The notes under the pieces were generated by a model. It saw only the letters and a list, made by a program, of their open reading frames with translations. It was not told the DNA's origin and ran no database searches. A stretch of DNA of 37,377 bases from a virus (taxonomy: Duplodnaviria; Caudoviricetes): positions 1-37,377 of IMG/VR virus record IMGVR_UViG_3300027715_000018. The stretch is one strand, 5' to 3'. How positions within the stretch are numbered: the stretch's first letter is position 1; each line of letters begins with the position of its first letter. Below are positions 8,200-15,837 of this stretch, one piece after another. A program made the position numbers and the translations under genes.

Positions 8200-8520
8200 A
8201 TGGAAACTTTACAAGAACGACAAGAAAGAATGATGAACATGATTGAGATCGGTGGTTTATTTGTGGAATCTTATGGGTGTGACATGACGGGTTTTATATT
8301 CTATCAAGTAGTTGGGAAGACCGCGAAAAAAGTCAAAGTAAGACGCGTAAATGCAGCAGGAAACGGCCGGACACTCATCGCAGTCAAAAACGATTTCTAT
8401 GATGATTGCGTCATCAATAAAAAAGTTAATGTTTGCGCAAGCGTTCCAATGATCTCGCTCGGCTACTATAACGCCTATTTGTCAGACTGGTCAAAAGAAT
8501 ACAAAACAACCGAAAGATAA
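8200..8520 (+). CDS. Hypothetical early protein
   Basis: AAGGAG RBS; 106 aa containing SYGCDMTGFIFYQVVGKTAKKVKVRRV. Confidence 0.8.
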   Translation: METLQERQERMMNMIEIGGLFVESYGCDMTGFIFYQVVGKTAKKVKVRRVNAAGNGRTLIAVKNDFYDDCVINKKVNVCASVPMISLGYYNAYLSDWSKEYKTTER

Positions 8521-8581
8521 CACCACAAACACAAATTGAACCCCCGTGACATCGGGGGCGACTTTAAAGGAGATGAAAAAC

Positions 8582-8779
8582 ATGTTCGAAATTTTCAAAA
8601 CAAACACAAAACCACAACAACCAACCAAAACAAAAACAACACAACGAACAACAACCAACACCGTGACAATAACACACAACAAGCAAAAACGCACAACTTA
8701 CGAAAGCAACCGCAAAATTGTAGATGTGAAAGAATTCACAACAGAAAAACGCAGCCAATCAGTAACAGAAAAATTTTAA
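8582..8779 (+). CDS. Hypothetical Thr/Lys-rich protein
   Basis: AAGGAG at 8567-8572 favours ATG 8582; preceded by the hairpin CCCCCG-TGACAT-CGGGGG. Low complexity. Confidence 0.5.
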   Translation: MFEIFKTNTKPQQPTKTKTTQRTTTNTVTITHNKQKRTTYESNRKIVDVKEFTTEKRSQSVTEKF

Positions 8780-8824
8780 AATTTTACATAGTGAGCAAAC
8801 ACTCACGGAAAGCAGGAATATAAA

Positions 8825-9124
8825 ATGATTGTTAAAAAATTAACACAAGACCAAGAATTTGTGGACGTTTATAAAATATTACGTTATAACGTGGAGTTTT
8901 CCAGCGATATGGTAAGCGCTCGCGAAAATCTGTCAAGATTGTACGAAATTGCCGGCGTTATGGTATCGTGTGAATATATAAACAGCGTGGTTGATGAGAT
9001 TAGCGCCGCCAGAGCCATCGCAACACTAGAATTATACACAAAAACAACAAGAAAAGAATTTATTGAGATGCAAAAACTTAGAGCAGAGGCCTCCGAATGG
9101 ATCGGGGAACTTGTGGAAATGTGA
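8825..9124 (+). CDS. Hypothetical protein
   Basis: 99-aa ORF with AGGA RBS, followed by a terminator. Confidence 0.7.
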   Translation: MIVKKLTQDQEFVDVYKILRYNVEFSSDMVSARENLSRLYEIAGVMVSCEYINSVVDEISAARAIATLELYTKTTRKEFIEMQKLRAEASEWIGELVEM

Positions 9125-9129
9125 TTGAT

Positions 9130-9159
9130 GCCCCCGCTGTTGCGGGGGTTTTCGTTTTT
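9130..9159 (+). terminator. Rho-independent terminator
   Basis: CCCCCGC-TGTT-GCGGGGG followed by TTTTCGTTTTT. Confidence 0.85.
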
Positions 9160-9167
9160 AGTTGATT

Positions 9168-9210
9168 GTCGGGCTTGCGCCCGATTTTTTATGAGGGTTC
9201 ACAATAAAAA
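9168..9210 (+). repeat. Dispersed hairpin motif, copy B
   Basis: GTCGGGCTTGCGCCCGA (identical to copy A), then GGGTTCACAATAAAAA. Confidence 0.7.
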
Positions 9211-9471
9211 GCCTGGACGATCTGCCGGCTGTCACTTCGCTACGCTAAAGTAGCAAAGCAAACATCACCAAAACACATTATCATCAAAACACCAACACAA
9301 CCGCATCAAATCCGTGAGACAAACGCAGCCCACGACACAAATACACAGACAACCATCACAGAACAGCCGACAATAACCCCAAACACCAGAACAGATAATA
9401 AGACCCCATAGCACTGTGGTCGTGTTTTTAGCGCTTATGTAAACGACTGCAAGAAATTTATCAAATATATT

Positions 9472-9532
9472 CTTAATTTTCGCTTAATTTTAGACAATTC
9501 GTGTTGTGTTTTTTCCGGTTTTGGTGTATACT
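9472..9532 (+). promoter_or_regulatory. Promoter with upstream CTTAA-N6-CTTAA direct repeat
   Basis: TTGTGT-N17-TATACT (9504-9532); CTTAA at 9472 and 9483. Confidence 0.55.
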
Positions 9533-9615
9533 TATATCAAGGAAGAGGAAAGCCCAGCAACCTCACAAAACAAAAATACATATGTGTAAAAAATACACAA
9601 GAAAGAAGGACCACA

Positions 9616-10026
9616 ATGAAAAACCAGAGAACAGATTTATTAAACGCACTTGCAGCAATCAGTGAAACAGCAAAATTGACAGCAGAAACCGCAGAAGCTT
9701 ACACACTATTAAAGAGATTTATAGAAGAAAATACCCAGGAAGAAACCAATACCGAAGAAGAAGAAGAATCTAAAAACTGTCGCGAATTCGTAAAAAGATA
9801 TATTACAATCGACAACGATGGCCAGCCACCAATGACACAAACATATAAAGTTAAAGAAGTTTTTGACGTCATGAAGCTTGACGAACGAGGCGGATACTGG
9901 GAACGAGAGGAAGAAACCATTGACACAATAACAAAAACGTGGGCACAGCTTGACGAATACGAACATCTTAACGACCTCAATGCGGAGTTGTGTAAAAAAT
10001 ATAACGCAGAATTTGCAAAATATTAA
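9616..10026 (+). CDS. Hypothetical acidic early protein
   Basis: AAGGA RBS, its own promoter and terminator; 136 aa. Confidence 0.8.
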   Translation: MKNQRTDLLNALAAISETAKLTAETAEAYTLLKRFIEENTQEETNTEEEEESKNCREFVKRYITIDNDGQPPMTQTYKVKEVFDVMKLDERGGYWEREEETIDTITKTWAQLDEYEHLNDLNAELCKKYNAEFAKY

Positions 10027-10029
10027 AAC

Positions 10030-10062
10030 AAAAAAAGCCCCCGGAGTGCTGGGGGCTGCTTA
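10030..10062 (+). terminator. Terminator hairpin (possibly bidirectional)
   Basis: A-tract followed by AGCCCCCGG-AGTG-CTGGGGGCT just after the 9616 gene. Confidence 0.7.
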
Positions 10063-10077
10063 TTGTGTATTTAGATA

Positions 10078-10205
10078 CTTCAGCAAGTTAAGGTGAAGAA
10101 GTGCTATAGATATTGCTTCAGCACGTTAAGGTGAAAAGGTGCTATAGATATTGCTTCAGCACGTTAAGGTGAAAAGGTGCTATAGATATTGCTTCAGCAC
10201 GTTAA
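10078..10205. repeat. Tandem repeat array 1, 38-bp unit x ~3.4
   Basis: Unit CTTCAGCACGTTAAGGTGAAAAGGTGCTATAGATATTG starting at 10078, 10116, 10154 and 10192 (partial). Confidence 0.95.
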
Positions 10206-10226
10206 AGTGTGACTGTGTTTGTATAG

Positions 10227-10378
10227 GTTTGGAAGGAAACCCGTCATAAAGTTTGAAAGAAAATGTTTGGAAGGAAACCCGTCATAAAGTTTGAAAACAA
10301 ATGTTTGGAAGTAAACCCGTCATAAAGTTTGAAAGAAAATGTTTGGAAGGAAACCCGTCATAAAGTTTGAAAACAAAT
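10227..10378. repeat. Tandem repeat array 2, 38-bp unit x 4
   Basis: Unit GTTTGGAAGGAAACCCGTCATAAAGTTTGAAA(GA/AC)AAAT starting at 10227, 10265, 10303 and 10341. Confidence 0.95.
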
Positions 10379-10600
10379 ACCAATAAAACAAACACAAACC
10401 ACTAAATCCGCCTACAAAAACCCAAACTCGACACATCACACCCTACAACCAATAAGACCCTTTAAATCGCCTTTAGGGTTGGTCCGAAAGCGTTAGCTAT
10501 AACTTATCACAAAAAACAGCGGGGAGCGTCAGCATAGCTTCGGTTGTATTTGGTTGTAATTTCGTGTAATTCTTTTGTTCTTACGGTTTTATTACAGTTT

Positions 10601-10947
10601 TCTAACACTTTTATTTTCATGGTGTTAGAGAAGAATCGCATAACATCCCCATTTGTTTAATCTTCTAACAGACTTACAGAAAATTTCACGAAAAACTAAT
10701 ACTCTGTATATATTCTATACTTACTTATATTACTTTTTTTTCTTATAAAAAGTGTTAGAAAGAGAAAAAGAGAGAGAAGAATGGCTTAAGGACGCCGCAA
10801 AACGTCTCACACTTTTGATTTTTAGAAGTGTGAGAGAATTTTACTAAAATGTTCTACAAATGGCTATAATAAGCCAAAAAGCTTCTAACACTTTTATTTT
10901 CAGAAGTGTTAGAAAAAGCGTTAGAAAGTGTTAGAAATTGTTAGAAT
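10601..10947. other. Putative replication origin 2 (iterons TCTAACAC/GTGTTAGA), paralogous to origin 1
   Basis: Inverted iteron pairs at 10601/10622, 10805/10828 and 10884/10906, a 10-bp-period run at 10918-10947, and an AT-rich core at about 10680-10750. Sub-motifs appear in the same order as in 6661-7047. Confidence 0.7.
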
Positions 10948-10962
10948 CAACGAAAATACACC

Positions 10963-10976
10963 AGAACATACGTTCT
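10963..10976. promoter_or_regulatory. Possible Firmicutes LexA (Cheo) box
   Basis: AGAACATACGTTCT matches GAAC-N4-GTTC with an RNRY core. Confidence 0.4.
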
Positions 10977-11137
10977 TTTGGTTGAACATCGAGCGAATCT
11001 CACATATTTTCTGTGAGAACTCACACCTGAATTATTGAGTGTGATTACCAATCTCGATATTTTTGTGCAACTATTGTGTTTTGCTAACGCATTCGGGCAA
11101 AAACCTGTACGCGCTCGACGGACTGACCGCGCTGTTG

Positions 11138-11216
11138 TGTCCGTGGATTAAAGACAGCGGTGTATAGTGTCCGCAGATTAAAGACAGTGATGTATAGTGT
11201 CCGCGTATGACGGACA
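11138..11216. repeat. 30-bp tandem repeat x2 ending in a hairpin
   Basis: TGTCCGnnGATTAAAGACAGnGnTGTATAG at 11138 and 11168, then GTGTCCG-CGTATGA-CGGACAC. Confidence 0.8.
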
Positions 11217-11229
11217 CATAAAAACAAAG

Positions 11230-11260
11230 AAAAAACCCAGAACTTTTGTAAATTCTGGGT
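11230..11260 (-). terminator. Terminator after terS
   Basis: ACCCAGAA...TTCTGGGT stem with a T-tract on the minus strand. Confidence 0.7.
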
Positions 11261-11267
11261 GTAAAAT

Positions 11268-11933
11268 CTAATCGATTATCTCGTATTCGGCTTCTTCTTT
11301 CGGCACGTTGAGTCCCAATTTCGCCACCAAATCGCCTATTTCAGACAGTTTCGTAGACGTTTCATGGGTTATTGTAACTTCTTGACGATCATTAACACCA
11401 TGCAACCCTCTAAGCAAAAATGTATTAAACGCCGGGAACTTTTCGCCGCGAATTACGCATTCGTTGGCCATAATGTCCGTAGCCTGCGTACAAATTTCAG
11501 AGATGGTCGGGTATTTCATCGGATTATTGGCCCACTCATAAAACTGACCTTTTGAAATACCTAACCAAACCACTAATCCAAAAATATTAGCCCTCACCCC
11601 ACAATTCGCACAAAACTCAAAATATCCGTCAATTGATTCGTGCAGGTCTTCTGGCTCCCAGGATGTCCGGCGCTTTCTTTTCTCAAGCATGCCCTTCTTG
11701 AACAAAACCACACCAAAATTCGAAAACATATCGAACTCGGGATCGACAGCTTGCATATTAGCTATTATTTCGTCTGTCATGTTATGTGGGCCGGCATTCT
11801 CCTTGCATGTATGGTTGGGGGTTTCAACTCGTTCCGGGGGATCGGTCACATAACTCGGCAGGCCGGCTCGAAATTCTTCGTTTACTTTTTTAAGTTCTTG
11901 TTCATCTATAAATTCATACGGGTTTTTTGACAT
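11268..11933 (-). CDS. terS: Terminase small subunit (DNA-packaging gp3-like)
   Basis: WEPEDLHESIDGYFEFC...IFGLVVWLGISKGQFYEW helix-turn-helix pattern and FLLRGLHGVNDRQEV C-terminal motif. Confidence 0.75.
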   Translation of the reverse strand: MSKNPYEFIDEQELKKVNEEFRAGLPSYVTDPPERVETPNHTCKENAGPHNMTDEIIANMQAVDPEFDMFSNFGVVLFKKGMLEKRKRRTSWEPEDLHESIDGYFEFCANCGVRANIFGLVVWLGISKGQFYEWANNPMKYPTISEICTQATDIMANECVIRGEKFPAFNTFLLRGLHGVNDRQEVTITHETSTKLSEIGDLVAKLGLNVPKEEAEYEIID

Positions 11934-12210
11934 AGGATTTTTTACCTCTCTCTTTTTTGTGATTTGTTATTTAGTGTGGTGTGAAGCTCTGAGTCCAGCC
12001 CCAAAAGACTTTTAGAGACAGACCCAACACCTAACACACAATACAATTAAAACTCCTCTAAACGCGAATTTCGCGCTAGATTGTCTGACCCCGAAAATAC
12101 ACCCACCACTTTTTATTGTGAATCCACACTGAGTCAGACAAACCATGACCAAATCTACCACCATGTTTATATAAACATAAACTATATTCGAATATTATAA
12201 TATTCTTATA

Positions 12211-12513
12211 TTACTTCAGTTTCTTTATGGCTTCTATAGCATCATCTTGATCATTGTATATTATGGCTTCAAGAAGCTCACTTGTGGCAACCATTTTTTC
12301 AAAATCCTCAATACTACCTATTTTAAAACGAGCTTCCTCGTTCACATATAAACCGTCCTCGTTACTACGAACACCATCAGAATCAATCTTTTCGATAACA
12401 ACACACGGCCAACCAGAACGTTTGGCTACGTAAGTTTCAAAAACAGTTCCATCACGCAACGTTTGTTTAGTATAATTGTTTAATAAAAATTCAAAAAAAT
12501 CAACATCATACAT
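12211..12513 (-). CDS. Hypothetical protein
   Basis: 100 aa with AGGAGTG RBS. Confidence 0.7.
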   Translation of the reverse strand: MYDVDFFEFLLNNYTKQTLRDGTVFETYVAKRSGWPCVVIEKIDSDGVRSNEDGLYVNEEARFKIGSIEDFEKMVATSELLEAIIYNDQDDAIEAIKKLK

Positions 12514-12581
12514 TTTAATACACTCCTAAATTTAATAAATTTAATACCTTAAGTCAATTTTACCACGGATCGGAGAACATG

Positions 12582-12935
12582 TCAACACTTTTTTTGAGTT
12601 TTTAACAAACTCACAGCTTGCTCAGAAACCCTGTGTAAACGATTTAGATTGCGTGCAATCCATTCAACCAAAACCTCATCCAGCTCATAATCTTTCATTC
12701 CAGACGCAAATAAAAACGCGTGCACAACCTCATGGGTAATCACACCATTCCTATAGTCTTTTAAATTGAACATAGTATCTTCACACTCACACCCTATATC
12801 TGATTTGATGTGAATCTCTTTTGCCCACCACTCACAAAAACCATCAGCTTCGAACTTATCAAATCTTTGAGCCGAACTCTCGATGAGTTTATAAGACTCA
12901 CCGAGAATTTCAACACTTTTAACAACGTCTTCCAT
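12582..12935 (-). CDS. HEXXH zincin-like small phage protein
   Basis: ITHEVVHAFLFASG...DEVLVEWIA. Confidence 0.75.
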   Translation of the reverse strand: MEDVVKSVEILGESYKLIESSAQRFDKFEADGFCEWWAKEIHIKSDIGCECEDTMFNLKDYRNGVITHEVVHAFLFASGMKDYELDEVLVEWIARNLNRLHRVSEQAVSLLKTQKKC

Positions 12936-12945
12936 CTTAACTCAC

Positions 12946-13815
12946 TTAACTCATCGACCAATTCTCACCCTCATCCATATCACCGTGAACGAATAGCTCA
13001 TCGTGATAAGAAATTGTGTGAAAACCTGCTTGTTGCATAGCTGAAGCCAAAACGTCAACTTCTTCTCGGCTCATTCGTCCTGGGGCATAAATATCGCAGG
13101 CCGTTCTTAGGACGTGATTACTATTCGGGATACCACCCACTTCTGCATTCCACTCTGGGCAGCGACCACCGGACGAGATGACAAGAGAGTGTCCATAAAT
13201 CTCACGGGCTCTGTCAGCCATCAACTTAATCTCATCGCACGAATCCCAACCACAACCGTCCTCACACAGAAAATCGACGTCTTCGTTAAAATATTTTAAA
13301 TTTAATCGACCCGTCACCGGCGGTACAACAGGGACAACAGGTACTGGATCGAAATGCACGAATGAAGGCACTTCATACTGAGACAAATCTACATCTTTGT
13401 CTGTGATTAAAAGTTGTACACCTTCTACGCGTTTAGAACCCCCTTCAGATCCTGCAAGTCCGCCGTCACGAGTAAACGACTCAGTGCCGATATCCTGGGC
13501 GTGTGTGCGGTACTGCACAGACACCTTGTCGGCATCATCACCAACAATATTAAATTGTAAGGCTTCAATCCTTAACGATTCTCCCACAGTCCCACAAATT
13601 TCACCCTCTGGCACAAAACCAACCCAACCTTTATTTTGAATGTGGGCCTGTCCATGTAAACCGATACGCAAACCGTCTGGATTAATCAATCTAAACCGAA
13701 TAGCCTCAAGCCTCAGAGATTGTCCGAGCACCCCAGCCATTTCACCATTTTTAAACCATTTCGACCATCCAAGATTTTCCTGGTGGACTTGATACTCAAT
13801 TCCAATATTAGACAT
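12946..13815 (-). CDS. Endolysin: N-terminal ChW repeats plus C-terminal peptidase M15A domain
   Basis: Three HxQ/ExxGW...G...GxxLRxEA repeats; C-terminal FLCEDGCG, SGGRCPEWNAEVGG, SNHVLRTACD and FVHGD zinc motifs; follows the holin. Confidence 0.88.
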   Translation of the reverse strand: MSNIGIEYQVHQENLGWSKWFKNGEMAGVLGQSLRLEAIRFRLINPDGLRIGLHGQAHIQNKGWVGFVPEGEICGTVGESLRIEALQFNIVGDDADKVSVQYRTHAQDIGTESFTRDGGLAGSEGGSKRVEGVQLLITDKDVDLSQYEVPSFVHFDPVPVVPVVPPVTGRLNLKYFNEDVDFLCEDGCGWDSCDEIKLMADRAREIYGHSLVISSGGRCPEWNAEVGGIPNSNHVLRTACDIYAPGRMSREEVDVLASAMQQAGFHTISYHDELFVHGDMDEGENWSMS

Positions 13816-13817
13816 GA

Positions 13818-14060
13818 TTAATCACCCAAACCATCTGTCAGTGGATTTGTAAACGCATTATAAATGTTCCAGATGATTGATCCAATTACCCAGGGGTTGC
13901 TCACAATCTTCATGGCCACGTCACCGATTGCCGCCCACGTTGTTAAATCAGCCGGACTCAGGCTAAAGTAACTACCAACCATAACCGCGAGGCTCAAGAC
14001 CAAACTTACCATAAATTTTTTGTTTGTGAGTCTTTCCTTAATGTTGAGTTTTAGATTCAT
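13818..14060 (-). CDS. Holin (phiLC3-like)
   Basis: 80 aa, NIKERLTNKKF N-terminus, hydrophobic segments, NPLTDGLGD C-terminus; immediately upstream of the lysin. Confidence 0.85.
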   Translation of the reverse strand: MNLKLNIKERLTNKKFMVSLVLSLAVMVGSYFSLSPADLTTWAAIGDVAMKIVSNPWVIGSIIWNIYNAFTNPLTDGLGD

Positions 14061-14100
14061 TTTGTTTTTTCTCCGTTCGTTATTTTTTTTTTATATTGTT

Positions 14101-14131
14101 ATTATACACGGAAATTGGGTAAAATTATCGG
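14101..14131 (-). promoter_or_regulatory. Putative late promoter (copy 3, lysis operon)
   Basis: CCGATA-N19-TATAAT, with TTTCCGTGTATAATA as in copies 1 and 4. Confidence 0.75.
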
Positions 14132-14146
14132 TGTTTTTGTAAATTT

Positions 14147-14296
14147 GTTGGGCTGTTCGCCCAAATTGGGTTGTTGTGAGGATTCACGCAAAATGGTTTC
14201 GACACTGTGCTGCGAACATATTATCTATAACACGCTTTTACATCACCCTCAATTTTCTGTGAACCTTCTAAACAACCATTCGGGCGCCAGCCCGAC
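14147..14296. repeat. Hairpin motif copies C (+) and D (-) arranged as an inverted pair
   Basis: TTGGGC-TGTTC-GCCCAA...GGATTCACGCAAAA on plus; GTCGGGC-TGGC-GCCCGA...GGTTCACAGAAAA on minus. Confidence 0.65.
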
Positions 14297-14323
14297 CGTA
14301 TAACGAAAAAAGAGCCCGGCGCA

Positions 14324-14482
14324 TTATGCGTCAGACTCAATCGATTTACATATTTCATCGAGTTCTTCGATGATGTTTTCTATTTTTGTTCGTCGTGAAA
14401 CAAATTGATTACCCGACAGATCTTCCGACTTATTCAAATCTCGTATCAGTCTTTCGATGATGCTTTCTATTTTATTAACCAT
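14324..14482 (-). CDS. Small hypothetical protein (52 aa; not in ORF track)
   Basis: MVNKIESIIERLIRDLNKS...KIENIIEELDEICKSIESDA*, GAAAGG RBS, internal KIExIIE repeat. Confidence 0.6.
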   Translation of the reverse strand: MVNKIESIIERLIRDLNKSEDLSGNQFVSRRTKIENIIEELDEICKSIESDA

Positions 14483-14501
14483 TTATTTATCAACCTTTCT
14501 A

Positions 14502-14594
14502 TTATTTGCAACGAGTCACAATCAACCAAACATAAACAACAACCACAACAACCACATAACTCAGTAAAACACTAATTCCAGTATAGTCGACCAT
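14502..14594 (-). CDS. Tiny membrane peptide (30 aa)
   Basis: MVDYTGISVLLSYVVVVVVVYVWLIVTRCK*, GAGGTG RBS. Confidence 0.5.
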   Translation of the reverse strand: MVDYTGISVLLSYVVVVVVVYVWLIVTRCK

Positions 14595-14599
14595 CACAA

Positions 14600-14683
14600 T
14601 CACCTCTCAAAGATCCAAAACAAAACTTTACCTATACAAACACCAATCATAAACAACCCAAAATAATAAATCAACTCACACAT
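14600..14683 (-). CDS. Tiny membrane peptide (27 aa)
   Basis: MCELIYYFGLFMIGVCIGKVLFWIFER*; the start overlaps the kinase stop; GGAG RBS. Confidence 0.5.
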   Translation of the reverse strand: MCELIYYFGLFMIGVCIGKVLFWIFER

Positions 14684-15266
14684 CACACTTTTCTCCAATC
14701 TCTAATATCAAATCTACAATTTCTTCGACGGATCGCTCACCATCAACCACATAATCACAAGCACTGCTCGCAAACATCGTGTAGTCTTTCTGCAAACGTC
14801 TACTCATATCGAGTTGTTCACGACACTCCATCATGCGGCGAATTCTCTCATCACGACCGACCATCAAGTATATTGTGATTACGTTGGCCAATCCGGCCAG
14901 TTTTAGTTTGGCTCTCTCAGCACCACTCTGATCGACAGTATTTATTGTCAACCCTTTCCCCAAATATTGGTCAAATACACTGAAATAAGTTTCACCGTAC
15001 GCATTTAAATATGAAACCATATTCGATTTCTCAACGATTTCACCAGAATCGAACCCACAACCACAACTGACAACGAACATATCCGGTTCTCTACGACCAG
15101 CGTCGAGCCAATGACCGCTTACGAATTCGTGTCCGTATTCGCCGTGCGTTCTTGGTTTTCTAGTGGTGTAGGATTTTACGATGTTTACACCGAGGTCTTC
15201 CAACGCTTTGCATATTGTCGTTTTGCCGGAGCCAGAGGCTCCTACGAGGTTAATTACTGTATCCAT
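14676..15266 (-). CDS. Guanylate kinase-like P-loop kinase
   Basis: GASGSGKTT Walker A and SYTTRKPR...YGHEFVS GMP-binding signature. Confidence 0.85.
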   Translation of the reverse strand: MDTVINLVGASGSGKTTICKALEDLGVNIVKSYTTRKPRTHGEYGHEFVSGHWLDAGRREPDMFVVSCGCGFDSGEIVEKSNMVSYLNAYGETYFSVFDQYLGKGLTINTVDQSGAERAKLKLAGLANVITIYLMVGRDERIRRMMECREQLDMSRRLQKDYTMFASSACDYVVDGERSVEEIVDLILEIGEKCDV

Positions 15267-15425
15267 TTAATTTTCTCCATTTACTCTGTCAAAAGACATA
15301 ATATCCAGTGTTGTTTGCCGATTTTCTAATTTTTTCTCAAGCTCAGCTATTTTGATAAGATTTTCAACAATTTCGTTCTCCAACATAGCGATTCTCGCCA
15401 ATAAGTCACCATAAGTAAGTTTCAC
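15267..15425 (-). CDS. Small coiled-coil protein (52 aa; not in ORF track)
   Basis: GTG start with GAGGTG RBS, MKLTYGDLLARIAMLENEIVENLIKIAELEKKLE...; fills the gap between neighbouring genes exactly. Confidence 0.6.
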   Translation of the reverse strand: MKLTYGDLLARIAMLENEIVENLIKIAELEKKLENRQTTLDIMSFDRVNGEN

Positions 15426-15427
15426 AA

Positions 15428-15688
15428 CTACACCTCATAACTTTCTTCTGAACAACCAACCAAAACTTTCGGTGAATATTCTCCTGACTGAACCAATCTA
15501 ATCATGGACTCGTGTTCGATTTCATTTAGTTTTTCATGCATGTTTTTGTAATAGTCCAGTTCAGCCGACAGAGTGTTAATTTCAACATCACGGTCGACTA
15601 ACAGATCGATCAGATGCTGCTTGTTAAACGTTTCGTATTCGTTGGAACGATTACCCCAGGATCTTGATAATAAGTAATTTTTTTTCAT
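15428..15688 (-). CDS. Hypothetical protein
   Basis: 86 aa, GGAG RBS, its own promoter. Confidence 0.7.
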   Translation of the reverse strand: MKKNYLLSRSWGNRSNEYETFNKQHLIDLLVDRDVEINTLSAELDYYKNMHEKLNEIEHESMIRLVQSGEYSPKVLVGCSEESYEV

Positions 15689-15730
15689 GGTGTTTTTCTC
15701 CGATCTAAATTTAATTTTATTTCTGAGTTA

Positions 15731-15796
15731 ATATTATCACACGTTTTTGTTTTTGTCAACACTTTATTTTAAAAAATGTTCGTTAAATTTTTAACA
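15731..15796 (-). promoter_or_regulatory. Sigma-A promoter, duplicated unit copy 1
   Basis: TTGACA-N17-TAATAT with TGn. The upstream 30 bp (15767-15796) are identical to 16851-16880. Confidence 0.8.
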
Positions 15797-15837
15797 ATCA
15801 TCAACAAATAAAAAGAGGGTTGTTACACCCCCAAAAC

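Noticed and set aside
9234-9257. CTTCGCTACGCTAAAGT resembling the array 1 core (CTTCAGCACGTTAAAGT) as a recombination site pair
   Set aside because: The match is short and imperfect, does not fit a dif consensus, and no recombinase is encoded.
10078-10378. CRISPR array
   Set aside because: The units are head-to-tail with no unique spacers, and no cas genes are present.
14147-14296. MITE or IS remnant
   Set aside because: No target-site duplication or transposase is seen, the two ends are quite divergent, and the same motif occurs singly elsewhere.
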